Assembly (NCBI RefSeq): GCF_006345805.1
Contig: NW_021836635.1
Span: 1-23,382 of the forward strand
Length of the DNA stretch: 23,382 nucleotides
Direction: 5' to 3'
Source of the DNA: Octopus sinensis
Lineage: Eukaryota
Below are positions 1-11,757 of this stretch, one piece after another. Both the position numbers and the translations under genes were made by a program. The notes below the pieces were generated by a model. The model was not told where the DNA came from. It did no database searches and was given only the letters and a program-made list of their open reading frames with translations. The stretch's first letter is position 1, and the number at the start of each line of letters is the position of its first letter.

Positions 1-36
1 TCCTCCATTATTATTAATATATACTTTTATTTTAAA

Positions 37-952
37 CTAAATATTGGGGCCTGTTGCATCAATAGAAACAAAATTTCTTTCCTTCAGATCTTCTCTTACT
101 GCATGCAATCAGCCCTATGCATAGCACTTGTGGAAAGTCACCTCAACCTTGATATAGAGGACGCTGAAGTACACATACCAAACTATGCCATACTGCGAAC
201 AGACAGAAGGGAAAGGAGCCATGGTGGAGTTGCTGTTTACATCCGAGATGACCTCACACCCCAAGTCTTGATGACATACTCAAATTCGGTGTATGACACC
301 TTAATTGTATACATAAGACAACATAATATAGTCATATGCAATACATATTGCCCACCGGATGCCCCAAATCACATAGGCAAGTTTGAAGATTGCCTCACAA
401 GAATTAAAGAAATCCTCATGAATCTGGAACACCACGTAACCATATTTCTTATGGGTGATTTCAACTTCCCCAACGTCAAATGGCCCGAAGGTCACATACT
501 CTCAGGAATGAATCATTGCAAGCAAGTACAGGTGGAGTCTCTGCTCAACCTCACCAACGCCTTATTCGTGGAGCAAGTTGTACTCAAACCAACTAGGGCG
601 AATAACATTCTGGATCTCTGCTTCACGAACAATATGGACATCATTCATGATGTGAAAGTGACACCGACATCAGTTTCGGATCACAGCATAATAGAGCTGT
701 CTATGTTTGGGCCGAAAGTAACCAGAGACATACAGCCTAAAGGAAGCACCCGAAATCTCTCCAATCTGAAATTCCACAAAGCAGATTGGAAATCGATCCA
801 AAAAGAGATCCTCAGAGAGGACTGGCCGGAATGTCTCTCCACACCAGACATTGACATGAAACTAGAATGTTTCATGTCTTCTGTGCAAGCCGTATGCCAG
901 AAATACGTCCCAGAGCACAATGCCAAAACAAATCGGAGCAAGATTCCAAGAG
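37..952 (+). mobile_element. CR1-group LINE fragment, apurinic endonuclease (APE) domain only, lacking RT
   Basis: ORF 103..1266 begins with APE motifs IALVESHL, DR..RSHGGVAVY, Y.PP, MGDFNFP, NILDLCFTN and SDH. It is homologous to 19237-20140 in this window. Homology stops at KIPR (~952), after which the ORF is low-complexity read-through. Confidence 0.9.
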
Positions 953-1275
953 GTTTGTGTGTCTGTGTATGCTGGATGGGATGGTTAGGTTTCTGTGCAT
1001 TCTTGTGCGTTTGTGTACGTGTGTGGGGGTGTGTATTTTTGTGTGTGCATGTGTGTATATGTGTGGAAGTATGTGTGCGTATATGTGCATGTATGTTGTA
1101 TGTGTGTGGTGTGTTGGAAGTATGTGTGTGTATGTGTTTCTGTATAAGGACAATAATTTATAAAAACAATAAAATAATAAAAAAAACAATAAATAATATA
1201 AAAGACGTAATAGCACGTAAGGAAAGGAATGAAAAAAAGACAAAGAAAAAAAGAAGGAAGAAATAAGAAAAAAAA
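953..1275. repeat. Low-complexity GT-rich tract followed by an A-rich tract
   Basis: Degenerate (GT)n/(GTAT)n at 953-1145, then an A-rich run to ~1275. This explains the Cys/Val-rich and Lys-rich ORF tails. Confidence 0.85.
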
Positions 1276-1372
1276 AGTTGCTTGATGCGGGAGGTGGAGC
1301 GCAGTCACTAAGAGGAGGGGCCTGTGTTGAGTCCGTGTGGGTATTAGTCTGTAAAGTGAAAACAAACTGTTG

Positions 1373-1420
1373 ACATATATATATATATATACACACACAC
1401 ATATATATATATACATATAT

Positions 1421-1462
<42 letters not shown>

Positions 1463-1518
1463 TATATATACACACATATACACACGCATATTTATATATA
1501 TATATATATATATATACA
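1373..1518. repeat. (TA)n/(CA)n compound microsatellite
   Basis: Directly visible dinucleotide runs. Confidence 0.95.
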
Positions 1519-1623
1519 GTTATGAGGGAAAAACTTGGATCGTGTGAATTTTACAAAGTCCTCATCGCTTCCTCTAGGAAAATGTTTTCCCCACAAATTT
1601 TTAATAAAATTTCATTGAAAAAA

Positions 1624-1715
1624 CCCCATGTTGGTATGGGTTGAACGGTTTGACTAAAGCTGGAGAGCTGCACCAAGTTCTATTCTCATTTGGCTTGGTT
1701 TCTGCAGCTGGCCGC
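1624..1715 (-). mobile_element. Degenerate fragment of the RTE-type 3' tail repeat
   Basis: ccatgttggtatgggttgaacggtttgact...gctgcacca...ggtttctgcagctgg resembles 11200-11292. Confidence 0.5.
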
Positions 1716-1762
1716 TACAAATGTGAAATAAAGTTTAATCAGCTCCAGTTCTTCACTGATAG

Positions 1763-2280
1763 TTTATCGATTCTGGAAAGATGAAATGCTAAGTGAACTT
1801 TGAGATTTTGAATAACTAAATGCTGCCCTTTTGCTATATCACATAAGAGAATATAGACGATTTGTTAAACTCCTTAATATTATTATTATCAATAGTAGGA
1901 GAGTGAAAGGCAAATTCAACTTTGGTGAGATTTGAACTCAGAGTAAAGGAGTATAAATAAATGCCTCGGATTCAGCAGTGCTGAATGGTTGTTTCTACAT
2001 GAGCATAAGGCCAGAAATTTGGGGAAAAGGGCTAATTGATTAAATTGACTCTAGTACTTGACTAGTTCTCTATTTTATCATCCCTTGAATGATAAAAGAC
2101 AAAATTGACCCTGGCAAGATTTGAACTCAGAATGTAAAGAGCTGTAACTAAATACTGCAAGGCATTTTTCCCTGATGCTAACAATTCTGCCATTTCATTT
2201 TATCAGCTCTGAGGAACAATGAAGGACAAAACCATCTTAGACAGGATTTGAACTTAAAATGTAAAGAATGTAATACTATA
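1763..2280 (-). mobile_element. Cluster of about four truncated, same-orientation tRNA-derived SINE heads
   Basis: B-box-like GAGTTCAAATC on the - strand at 1929-1939 and 2118-2128, with a variant at 2245-2255. All share tgaaagg/caaaattgacc flanks. Forward copies of the same family occur at 3520-3660 and 4915-5070. Confidence 0.65.
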
Positions 2281-2489
2281 TCCATAGTATCAAGTTGGAT
2301 AGTAAAATATTTACTGTCTTTGAAGAAATTCTTGTTCTCTTACATTTTCTGCTGAGGTGGAAATTTGCTTTTTTCACAACTGCTGCAGGCAAATGCAGTG
2401 AACTCACTTGCAGTTTCTGTCATTTTTGTAACTTCAGTTTTGATCAAAATATACAACTCTATGCTGCTTAAAAGAATTTCCCCTTAGAT

Positions 2490-3300
2490 TGATTCCATCA
2501 TAAAATGGAGCTAAAAGGTCTTCCACAAGAGCAGATTAACACTGCTACAGATATTTGCCCTTAAAAGAATTATTGAAGAACTCAGAATATTCTGAGTAAA
2601 GTATCAGTTGTATTTGTGGATTTCTCCAAGGAATTTGATTGTATCAACAGAAAGCCATCACTTTCATGTATGAAAATCATCAAACTTTATACTGAGCACA
2701 GACAAGTTCAAAGAAACAGTTTTCAACAGCAGTAAATATTCTTCAGGGAAATGCCCAAACTCTTTTTCTTTTTGGGCTATGTCCTTAGGTAAAGTCTTTA
2801 CCCCATCTAAGACAACAGCATCACCTCAAGCAAGAAACAATCAAGACATTAGCAGAGTGTGCATCAGTCTGACCCTTACTGTAGTGATGATCTTACCCTT
2901 ACAGCTTATCAACTGTGTGATGTGCAAGATTTGTTAATGTGTATCAACCAAGGTTAGTCAGTTTCTCAATGCAAAAAAGACTGAATACATGACTGCTATT
3001 GAAAGTAAGTGTCAGTTTACACACACTGCAAAGAAATAAATGACTTCAAGTACCTTGGGTCCCACATTGTTGACAGTAAGAACCTATAATAAGCTTTAAA
3101 ATATCTGACAATGAACTATTTCGAAGTCAATAAGGCTTGTCTTCTTCAAGGCATGTGTTGAGAGCATTGTTCTCTATAGAGCTGTAAACTGAACTATGAA
3201 GGAGGAACTTTAAGATCACCTACATGATACATACACCATGCTGCTTAAAATATCTCATGGCATGAGCACAGGGGAAATTTATGGACAACAGGTCATATTG
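2490..3300 (+). mobile_element. Old, heavily degraded RTE-clade LINE reverse transcriptase remnant
   Basis: Broken-frame motifs VFVDFSKEFDCINR (2610-2651), NAKKTEYM, NDFKYLGSHI (3039-3068) and FFKACVESIVLY (3142-3177), with many stops and frameshifts. Confidence 0.75.
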
Positions 3301-3519
3301 GATGTTATATTTTAGAAACTTTTACACCCTAATAAAAGATGAAGACCACTCAACTACATTAATATAATTGGTAGCGTGAACATATGAAACTGAAGATCTA
3401 TTAAAGTAAATGGGAGACGGAGGTTCCTGGCACAGCACTGTGAGAAGCATCATGATTGCATTATTTAAATTATTTAAATCTACATATTGATAATTATGCA
3501 GGTTTTTAAAGTTCTGAAG

Positions 3520-3660
3520 AAAATGCATTGAAGTATTTCTTCTGACTCTTTATGTTCTGAGTTCAAATCTTGGTGAAGCAAACTTCGTCTTTTATCACTC
3601 TGGGTTGATAAAATAAAGTACCAAAGAGGTACTGAAGTGGAAGGTATCAATTAAATCCCA
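3520..3660 (+). mobile_element. tRNA-derived SINE copy
   Basis: GAGTTCAAATC at 3559-3569, followed by ttttatc...gataaaataaagtacc. Same family as 2003-2191 (inverted). Confidence 0.65.
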
Positions 3661-3960
3661 TAAAAAGCACCATCCGAACGTAGCCAATGCCAGTGCCACC
3701 TTGACTGGCTTCCGTGCCAGTGGCACGTAAAAAGCACCAACCGATCATGGCTGTTGCCAGCCTCCTCTGGCCCCTGTGGTGATGGCACGTAAAAAGCACC
3801 CACTACACTCACGGAGTGGTTGGTGTTTGGAAGGGCATCTATGTGTAGAAAGACTGCCAGATCAGACTGGAGCCTGGCGTAGCCTCCTGGCTTCCAGACC
3901 CCAGTCAAACTGTCCAACCCATGCTAGCATGGAAAATGGACGTTAAACGATGATGATGAT
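3660..3960 (+). mobile_element. 5'-truncated RTE LINE 3' UTR ending in an (ATG)n tail
   Basis: Ends ccaacccatgctagcatggaaaatggacgttaaacgatgatgatgat, the reverse complement of 11166-11420. It contains two gtggcacgtaaaaagcacc modules. Confidence 0.85.
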
Positions 3961-4609
3961 GGTCTACAAAATAGTATTCATTGAACATGTTGCCTTGGGT
4001 TCAGTCCCACTGTGCAGCACATAAGGCAATTCTCTTTCATTATAGCTTTGTGTATTATATAATTGCCATTACTGTATTTATATATAAAATAACGCATACA
4101 ACTCACTTATTGTTGTCATATCATAAACAAACAGTAGTTTATGTACAAAATTGATCTTTTTTCTACTTCAATTTTTCATGTTTTTTTTTTCTTATAAAAT
4201 AACACATCTATATATATAATAACACTTTGAATGTAGCTCCCGAGAAAGAGTAAAAGTAATTACCCGATCAACAACTGGTAATACTGCTTTATATACAACA
4301 AAAGTATGCAGAAAACATAGCACAAAGTGTCTAGCAAATAAAAATACCTCTTAAAGTCATGATTTAACAAACATGACTTGAAAAAGTATCTCTTATGTCA
4401 TATACATTATTTTTCAAGTTTTTAATTTTATCCCTGTTACCTGATCCTTGCTATAGAACTTTAAAATTGTAGGAATTTAATTGTCAGTTGTGGATTTATT
4501 TTTTTCAATGGCAACTGCTATAGTGAATCTAAGTCAATATATTGAAGATGTCCTTGAATGTCTCACAATGAAGTGCTACCACTATAATTTATCGAAGATA
4601 CATCAAAAC

Positions 4610-4817
4610 AGGGGAGCCTCTGTGGTCCTTTGACCTACTAGAAATATCAGTCAAGTCTCTCTTAAATTATGCCCCATCATCTTAAAAATGTTATCTAAAA
4701 ATACATTGGATAATGTATTAGATACATGATGTCTGAAAACAATGAAAAAAGACAGAAGGCTTTTAATTATATATCTTCTCAATCAAGGGAGACTGGGAGA
4801 TAAACAATAACAACAAT
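4610..4817 (+). mobile_element. Probable SINE-like interspersed repeat with an (AAC)n-like tail
   Basis: ggagcctctgtggtcctttgacctactagaaat...aaacaataacaacaat. A weak inverted relative lies near 6860-6900. The family assignment is from recall only. Confidence 0.4.
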
Positions 4818-4914
4818 GTCAGATACATCATTTGTATAACTTAATAAACTGGAGCTGACAAGTTAGGCATACTGGATAACACTTCTCATTTCTTATGTGA
4901 ATGGTCAGTGAACT

Positions 4915-5070
4915 TGTATAATGCCTTGCAGTATTTTTTCTGACTCTTAATGAATTCAAGGTCAACTTTGCTTGCATCCTTTTATGGTCAATAAAATAAA
5001 GTACCAGTCTGGGGCTAGTCTAATTGACTAAACCCTCAAAATTACTGGCCTCATGTCTAATTAGAAACCA
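4915..5070 (+). mobile_element. Degenerate tRNA-derived SINE copy
   Basis: atgccttgcagtatttt...gtcaactttgc...aataaaataaagtaccagtctggggctagtctaattgactaa matches the 3520-3660 and 2003-2191 family. Confidence 0.6.
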
Positions 5071-5424
5071 TTTGCTGTATGATTGACATTCACTCCTCTC
5101 TTTAAATTAATAAAAGTGAAGTTGAAGGACTCCTTTGTATCATGTAAAGACGTGCATCTTTGGTCTTGCAGTAGAAATAAAGTTTATTATTTTCCATTTA
5201 ATATGCCACAAACACTTAACCAAGTTATTTCTTGTCTCAAAGTTCTAAGAATAAACCAGTAAGGTTTCCTAAATATTCATTTGAATAGTAGATTAACAGT
5301 GTGAAATGTAGAATTACAAGTAATAATATAGGATTGTTTTAAACTTGACTGTTTTTCAAATTCACTATTTAGCAATGACCTGTCATAGACTATTTGATCT
5401 CCAAGATATATTTTCCTTAAACAG

Positions 5425-5605
5425 GGCTCATGTATATATCACAGACTTGGACAGTTACGTGCCACTAATGCAAGAAAACATTAATGTAAATAAGGAACAT
5501 ACCACTGGTGAAATTGAAGCCAAAACTCTTAACTGGGAGAACTCTAATTTCTCGTGTCCAGGATTAGATTACATCCTTGTCTCTGACTGTATATACTATT
5601 CTCAA
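5425..5605 (+). CDS. VCPKMT: VCP lysine methyltransferase (METTL21D/VCPKMT-like), internal coding exon
   Basis: ttttccttaaacAG acceptor (5423-5424) and GTAAGT donor (5606). Translates (G)AHVYITDLDSYVPLMQENINVNKEHTTGEIEAKTLNWENSNFSCPGLDYILVSDCIYYSQ, which carries the METTL21 post-I (TD) and motif II (DCIY) signatures. Confidence 0.9.
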
Positions 5606-6669
5606 GTAAGTACTGTTTAGTGATTATTCTTTCTAAATTGTTTATTCATATTTGTAGATTTTATGATGAAAGTTTCTGCTATATTTTCTGTTTGGCAAAA
5701 CAGATTATGTTGCTGCAGTTTGTAGAGGTCATTTTGGCTATTGAAAATAATATGACTACATATTTATGATTTGTTCATAAATATAAAATGTAAATTAGAT
5801 TCTATTTACTTGAGAAATTGTTTCACTGAACTCCCTTTGCTTGTTTGCTATAATAGTGTACATGTAGAGGGAAACAACCACATTTTAGGGGTGGGGGGAA
5901 GCAATGTTCTTTGAAATGAAACTTAAGCTTTGAAACAGGTATATCACTATTGGCAGGATCAATCAGGTATCATCATCATTATCGCATCTTCAGTGATCTT
6001 CAAAATTCATAATAATGAAAACTGTTGACCACTTTACTTGTAGATGTCCATGTATTCTCCACCAAAATCTATGAAAAATCAAATTCATTTAAAAGAGATC
6101 AGATCATGGTTATCTACAAAATGCTTTAGTACAACTTGAAGAAAGGCATCAATTTTACTGCAAACTATTCACTTAGAAGCAAGGAACACATCAGCATACA
6201 GATTTCTCACTCAGCTCACTATTCAAGACTCAAACTGGAACTTTTCACTTTAAAACTAAGTGCTAGATTTTATGATCTGTAACAGCCATCTGTTGGTTGG
6301 TCAACAATACATGGCCCCACTGGACGGCATTGCTTCCTCCGTATTCAATGGTGCACCCTCACATTTATTTGGAAACTCCACTTTAGCATTATTACAAATT
6401 AGTGGCTACCCAGAATATTCTAAAGCATCCCCAGGCACCAAAGTCTGGTGATGGGTCTACAACCATACTTCTTTTCCATATTATTCTATGCTCTGAAGAA
6501 CTAGATGGAAGAGTAATGAACTCTCTGTTCTATACTTTGTTTCAGCAATCCTATCTTTAGCTTTCCATCATCAAGTTTGTGACAGACACATTGAACTTGA
6601 TAGGTTTTATGAGTTTACCTACAGAAAAAAGAGGTATAGATATTAGTGATACCTTGCATTTAGGCATAG

Positions 6670-6815
6670 TTGTGTGGTTAAGAAGTTTGCTTCACAACTA
6701 CAGAATTTTTGGTTCAATCTCACTGTGGAGTACCTTGGGCTCTGCTATAGCTTTGGGTTGGCTAAAGCTCTGTAGGTGAACTTAAATAGAAAGAAACTGA
6801 AGAAACCTGTTGGAT
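6670..6815 (+). mobile_element. Second tRNA-derived SINE family, degenerate copy (intronic)
   Basis: A-box-like gtgtggttaagaagtttgcttc and B-box-like ggttcaatctc, followed by ctatagc...gaaactgaa. A related fragment lies at ~3982-4052. Confidence 0.55.
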
Positions 6816-7279
6816 GGCCACTGTTCTTGATTTTGGATGGTTTGACATTGCCTGGCTTAACATTTCTATTTGACCAGTGAGTGACTTTAGTGGACTCCAC
6901 TCTGTTGAAGATATTGGTGCCAAATCTCTGGTCTTAGTATAACTTTTTTTTTTTTTTTCTACCACTCTTGAGGCTCTGAAAAAGGGTCATGGTTGACAGT
7001 TTTTCTCCTCTAACTTAAATCATACATTAAAAAACAAATAAGAAACTAGCATTGAGCAGCAAGAGAAGAAAGAAAGTTATTGTGAGGTATAAGAAGATGA
7101 GAGTTAACAAGAGGGATATGTAGAGAGTCTGTGGCATCAAGATCTTTATTGACATGTGCATAATCAATTTCTTATGGTCTCCTAACTGGATGCCTTTGTG
7201 AAGGAGGCTTTGTATCATCTGTATTGCTATTCAAGTACAAAAGAAAATAAACTACTTCTCCGATAACTGATACCAGAGA

Positions 7280-9230
7280 ATAGCTGAAGTTGTTGTTAGC
7301 AAGAAAGCAAGTAAGACTCTCTTTCTGTCAGGTAAATGGCCCTGCTCAATATGTAGGAAAGGAGTGGGATGTAATTCCATTTGTTGCACTAAGTGTAAGC
7401 TATGGATGCTTAAGAGATGCAGTGGAATTGCAGGTAGGTTAACAGACAAGGTTGCATTTGTGTGTGGCAGATGTGCAGGGACAGTAAACACTAAGAGCAC
7501 AAGGGACTTGGACTCTCTCAAATGCCCAGGAGGTTCTCTTGAGGTAGTAGATAGTTTCTGCTATTTAGGTGACCTAATTAGTAATGCTGGTAGATGCTCT
7601 GAAAGAATACGATGGAGGAAGTTCAGAGAGCTACCACCTCTGTTGGCAACAAAAGAACTCTCTCACAGAGTGAAAGGTAGAATATATGATGCTTGTGTGA
7701 GAATGGCTATATTATATGGTAGTGAGACATGGGCTCTGACTGCAGAGAGCATGCGTAGACTGGAGAGGAATGAAGATAGTATGATCTGTTATATTTTCAA
7801 CATCAGTGTGCATGACCAACAAAGCACAACTGTATTGAGAGAAAAAGTTATACATAAGAGGGATTAAATGTGGCATATAAGAGAGGGGAATGCGTTGGTT
7901 TGGACATGTGATGCATTTGAGTAAAGGCAGCTGTATACAGAAGTGTCTGTTACTGAAACTGGATGGTACCTGTGGAAGTGGGAGACCCAGGAAGACATGG
8001 GATGAGGTGATGAGGACTGATCTTAGGAAGTTGGGACTCACGGAGGAAATGACTATGGACGAAAATGTTTGCTGATATGCGGTTCTAGAGAAGACCTGCC
8101 CATGTCAGTAAAACTGAGAGCTAGAAGTGTTGTGTCCCACCCACATGTAACAACAAACTTTTCACACACCCCACCCCAAGAAACCGAACTACATCTCTTC
8201 TAAACTGCATCTTTCTCTTCCTCACATTTCCTCTTCATAAACTATGATTGTCTTCCAATCCCCTTTCCTGCCCTGCTCACTGTATCGCTGCTTTCTCCCA
8301 ACACCATCCCATTTTTCTACTCAGGTCTTCACCAGTCACTGCAATCCTACTTGCACCTTCTTGACAATACCTGACTGCATATATTACGACCGTTGTACCT
8401 CTCTCTTCCTTACTCTACCATCTCATCCATGCTCTGATCCTAGTTAGTTGTGAGTATACCTTGTACTTCCTCTCTTTTCTGTTCTCTCTTACACTTTTGC
8501 TGTTTCTTATTCTATTTCTCTCTTTCCCTTGCTCTTCCCTCTGGCTGGGTAGCCAAGTATCTCCCCTACAACAGCACACCTATTTCTGGCCTCATTCTTT
8601 CTCTCCTCTTGCTTTCCCTCTGACTAGGTAACCAAGTATCTCCTTTACATCAGCACACCTATTTCTGTCCGTTTTCTTGTATCTCTCTTTCTCTCCTTCT
8701 TCTCTTTCTATCTCGCACTGGGTAACCATGTACCTCCTCTATAGTAAGATGTCTCTTTATTTCTCTGTCACACTCTAACCTTTTATCATCTTATACCAGA
8801 TCACCTCCATTATAGTAAGACACCTGTTTCTGTCTCTCTTTCACACTTTAACCTTTCATCTTCTGGCACAAGTACCCCTCCTCAAATTCCACTCCCCCTC
8901 TCATAATTCCTTGTCTTGCGAGTTACTTGGTGATCCTGCTAGTGCTGGTGCCATGTAAAAAAAACATCCAGTTCACACTGTAAAGTGTTTGGCATTTGGA
9001 AGGGCATCCAGCTGTAAAAATCATTCCCAAACTAACCTCACTTCTGCTAGTGCCACGTAAAAAGCACTGAGTCCATTCTACAGTGTAGTTGGTGTTAGGA
9101 AGGGCACCCAGCTGTAAAAAACATGCCAAAACAGACACAGTAGCTTAGGGTAGTTTTCTACCTGGCTAGCTCTTTTCAACTGTCCTATCCATGCATGCAT
9201 GGAAGATGGACATGAAATGATGATGATGAT
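7280..9230 (+). mobile_element. 5'-truncated RTE LINE (PHD-containing family) inside a VCPKMT intron
   Basis: WPCSICRKGVG..CTKC..CGRC, VDSFCYLGD, AILYGSETW, LRWFGHV and GRPRKTWDEV are homologous to 11940-12760. A pyrimidine-rich 3' UTR follows and ends in an (ATG)n tail at ~9217-9230. Confidence 0.85.
8545..8835 (+). repeat. Degenerate ~80-95 bp tandem repeat within the RTE 3' UTR
   Basis: ct(g/a)ggta(g/a)cca(a/t)gta(t/c)ctcc recurs at 8545, 8624 and 8718. cacct(a/g)tttctg also recurs. Confidence 0.6.
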
Positions 9231-9737
9231 ATGCACATTCTCGTTAGTTAAGAAATTAATGTCCTCCTTATGCAAATGAATGCCTTCATCATTTTAATGA
9301 TTATTTCAGAAGAATATAATTTCAGTCAGTCATCTATCAATCGATACACAGGATTAGTTCCAATATCATTACTTATCCAGAGTAATTGGTATCTAAGATC
9401 AGTTTGGTCAATGTATGTATTCTCTTCTTGTATATAATCAATCAATTCCCTTATCTTCTAATATCTGCTAGTTTCTTTTATTAACTTTCCCTATTATTCT
9501 TGTATTATTGTTAGTTAATCCAGCTGGATGGAAAGAATGTTATTAATGCAGTAGTATAGCCATTAGATCATAGCAGATGTGACACTAAAGTTGTTAAATT
9601 AAAACAAGTATATAGATTTATTGTTTAAAAAGTGAAAAGAAAATTGTATTTAAACAGTTAGGATTTTAGAAGTATTTATACCATTACAACTTTTCCTTTT
9701 TTACTAACTTCCTTATATTACCCTTGATTAATTCCAG

Positions 9738-9857
9738 TCTGTAAAACCTCTTGTTAATACCATTACCCGCCTGAGTGAGCCGAAAACTGTTGTGTTGTGT
9801 AGTTATGAAGAAAGAACAACGGGAAAATATCCCGAACTTCAGCGTGACTTCTTTAAG
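9738..9857 (+). CDS. VCPKMT: VCPKMT-like penultimate coding exon
   Basis: attccAG acceptor and GTAAGT donor (9858), phase 0 at both ends. Translates SVKPLVNTITRLSEPKTVVLCSYEERTTGKYPELQRDFFK, matching the METTL21D YE.R..GK region. This exon is absent from the ORF track. Confidence 0.92.
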
Positions 9858-10004
9858 GTAAGTTAGTTATTATAAGGAAATTTGTTTTCTAAAAATTCAC
9901 GTTAAATCATCCTGCTGTGTACTGAGTATGTATATTCAATGTTTGCTATTATACTGTCCAATCTTATATGTAGTGTGCTTCATACTTTTATAAAGGTAAT
10001 GGCT

Positions 10005-10135
10005 TAATGGTAAAGGTGTTAGGCTTACAATCTTAAAATTTGGGGTTTGATTCCCAGATTAAGTGGCACATTGCCTCCTTGAGCAAGGCACTTCATTTCA
10101 CAGTGTTCCAGTCTACTCAGTTGAGTAGTAGTCCA
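10005..10135 (+). mobile_element. tRNA-derived SINE copy (intronic)
   Basis: A-box tggcttaatggtaa and B-box ggtttgattccc, followed by ccttgagcaaggcactt. Confidence 0.6.
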
Positions 10136-10519
10136 GTGTTGGTGCAACCTCCTCTCCTGCTAATTGTCATACTTTGATTGTGTTGCTGGGTCCAGCATGA
10201 AAAGTCTCAGTGGGTATCTTATGTCTCATTGTGAATGACATGTTTTGTTTTTATAAGCACAGAGTATTACAATTTAAACTTTTGACAGTTCATCCTGTAA
10301 AATTTGATCTAATAATATTCAGCATGTATTAATAATATCCATGTTATGTATACATATGAGACTGAAATATGTTGAGTTCTTTGGTAATGAAGCAGTATAA
10401 CAATACTAAGCTGAGACAGACAGAAATGTAGATCTCTGACAATAATTTATTTGGTGTTTAACATTAAAAAGGTTTTGAGGAAAAGAAGAATTCTTTCATT
10501 TCTGATTTTTGTTTTTCAG

Positions 10520-10630
10520 TTGATGGAAGCAAACTTTAATGTTGAAGAAATTCCCAGAAGCCATCAAGATGATTGCTATCACAGCTCTGATATTCATATA
10601 ATGAGATTCATGAAGAAATCTAAATACTAA
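10520..10630 (+). CDS. VCPKMT: VCPKMT-like terminal coding exon
   Basis: tttttgtttttcAG acceptor, phase 0. Translates LMEANFNVEEIPRSHQDDCYHSSDIHIMRFMKKSKY* (TAA 10628-10630), matching the METTL21D C-terminal E.IP...D..Y.S.DIHI pattern. This exon is absent from the ORF track. Confidence 0.92.
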   Translation: MMEANFNVEEIPRSHQDDCYHSSDIHIMRFMKKSKY

Positions 10631-11342
10631 ACATGTAAATTTCACTCTTTCGCTATTCAACTACACAAATACAAGTATTGCTGATGCGTTGTGAATATTT
10701 CATTGTTACACCACTTTGTGTATCTGGACCAGATCATATAAATGCCTTCCATGAAGGTGGATGTAAATTGCTGTTCTTTAACAATGCATTTTATTTTTAA
10801 ATTTCATTTGTTACTGGTACCATTAATTGTCACCAGCACCTTCCATGTCATTACACTTCACATTTTAAGAAACTTGAAAACTCAAATAATATTAACTTGA
10901 AATTCAAAAAGAGTTAAAAAAGATATTTGCATTTTTCTTTTTTCTAATTAGCAGAGAGTTCTGAAGAGAAGAGTTTTGAATCATCTATCTAATGATGATG
11001 TACATTTACCAACAGAGAATAATATAGTTAAGATAAATATCAAATGCTGCCAAAGTTACTCAATGGGAGTACATAATAGCTATAACAAAATTTGAATTTC
11101 TAGTTTTCTGATAATTGATTGAGTGACAGATATAAGGCAAGTTATAACTAAAACTTTATGGCAAAATCATCATCATCATCATCGTTTAACGTCCGCTTTC
11201 CATGCTAGCATGGGTTGGACGGTTCAACTGAGGTCTGGGAAGCCCGAAAGCTGCACCAGGCCAGTCAGATCTGGCAGTGTTTCTACAGCTGGATGCCCTT
11301 CCTAACGCCAACCACTCCGTGAGTGTAGTGGGTGCTTTTTAT

Positions 11343-11601
11343 GTGCCACCGACACAGGTGCCGGACGAGGCTGGCGAACGGCCACGCTCGGATGATGTTT
11401 TTTGTGCCACCAACAGATGTGCCAGACGAGGCTGGCGAACGGCCATGCTCGGATGGTGTTTTTTACGTGCCACCAACACGGAGGCCAGGCGAGGCTGGCA
11501 CGGCCACGATTGGATGGTGGTTGTTACCTGCCCACAGCACGGAGGCCAGTCGATGCGGTACTGGCTACGGCCACGTTCGGATGGTTTTCTTATGTGCCAC
11601 C
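11343..11601. repeat. ~61-66 bp GC-rich minisatellite in the RTE 3' UTR (four units plus a partial)
   Basis: gtgccacc-type unit starts at 11343, 11404, 11467, 11528 and 11594. Each full unit contains cggcca.g.t.ggatg. Confidence 0.85.
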
Positions 11602-11757
11602 GGCACTGGTACCACAAAAATACAAATTCCATTGATGTTCATCGATTTTGGTTTGATTTGATTTGATTTTCACTTGCCTCAACAGGTCTTCACAAGTAGA
11701 GTTATGTGTCCCAAGAAGGAAAGGTATGCATAAGTGGACTGGCTACGTCCCAGGTAA

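Noticed and set aside
103-1266. 387-aa ORF as a real APE-membrane/Cys-rich fusion protein
   Set aside because: Everything after ~952 is translation of GT-rich and A-rich low-complexity DNA.
867-1489. Overlapping ORFs rich in Y/I/H/T/C/V
   Set aside because: These are microsatellite read-through artefacts.
1-5424. Upstream VCPKMT exon(s) with SAM motif I
   Set aside because: I found no VWD or ELGxGxG-like coding segment with splice sites by eye. These exons probably lie outside the window.
5345-5620. 91-aa ORF as a complete gene
   Set aside because: Only 5425-5605 is METTL21-like and bounded by splice sites. The flanks are intronic.
11343-11601. CRISPR-like repeat-spacer array
   Set aside because: The whole unit is degenerate-repeated with no unique spacers, it lies in a LINE 3' UTR in eukaryotic DNA, and there are no cas genes.
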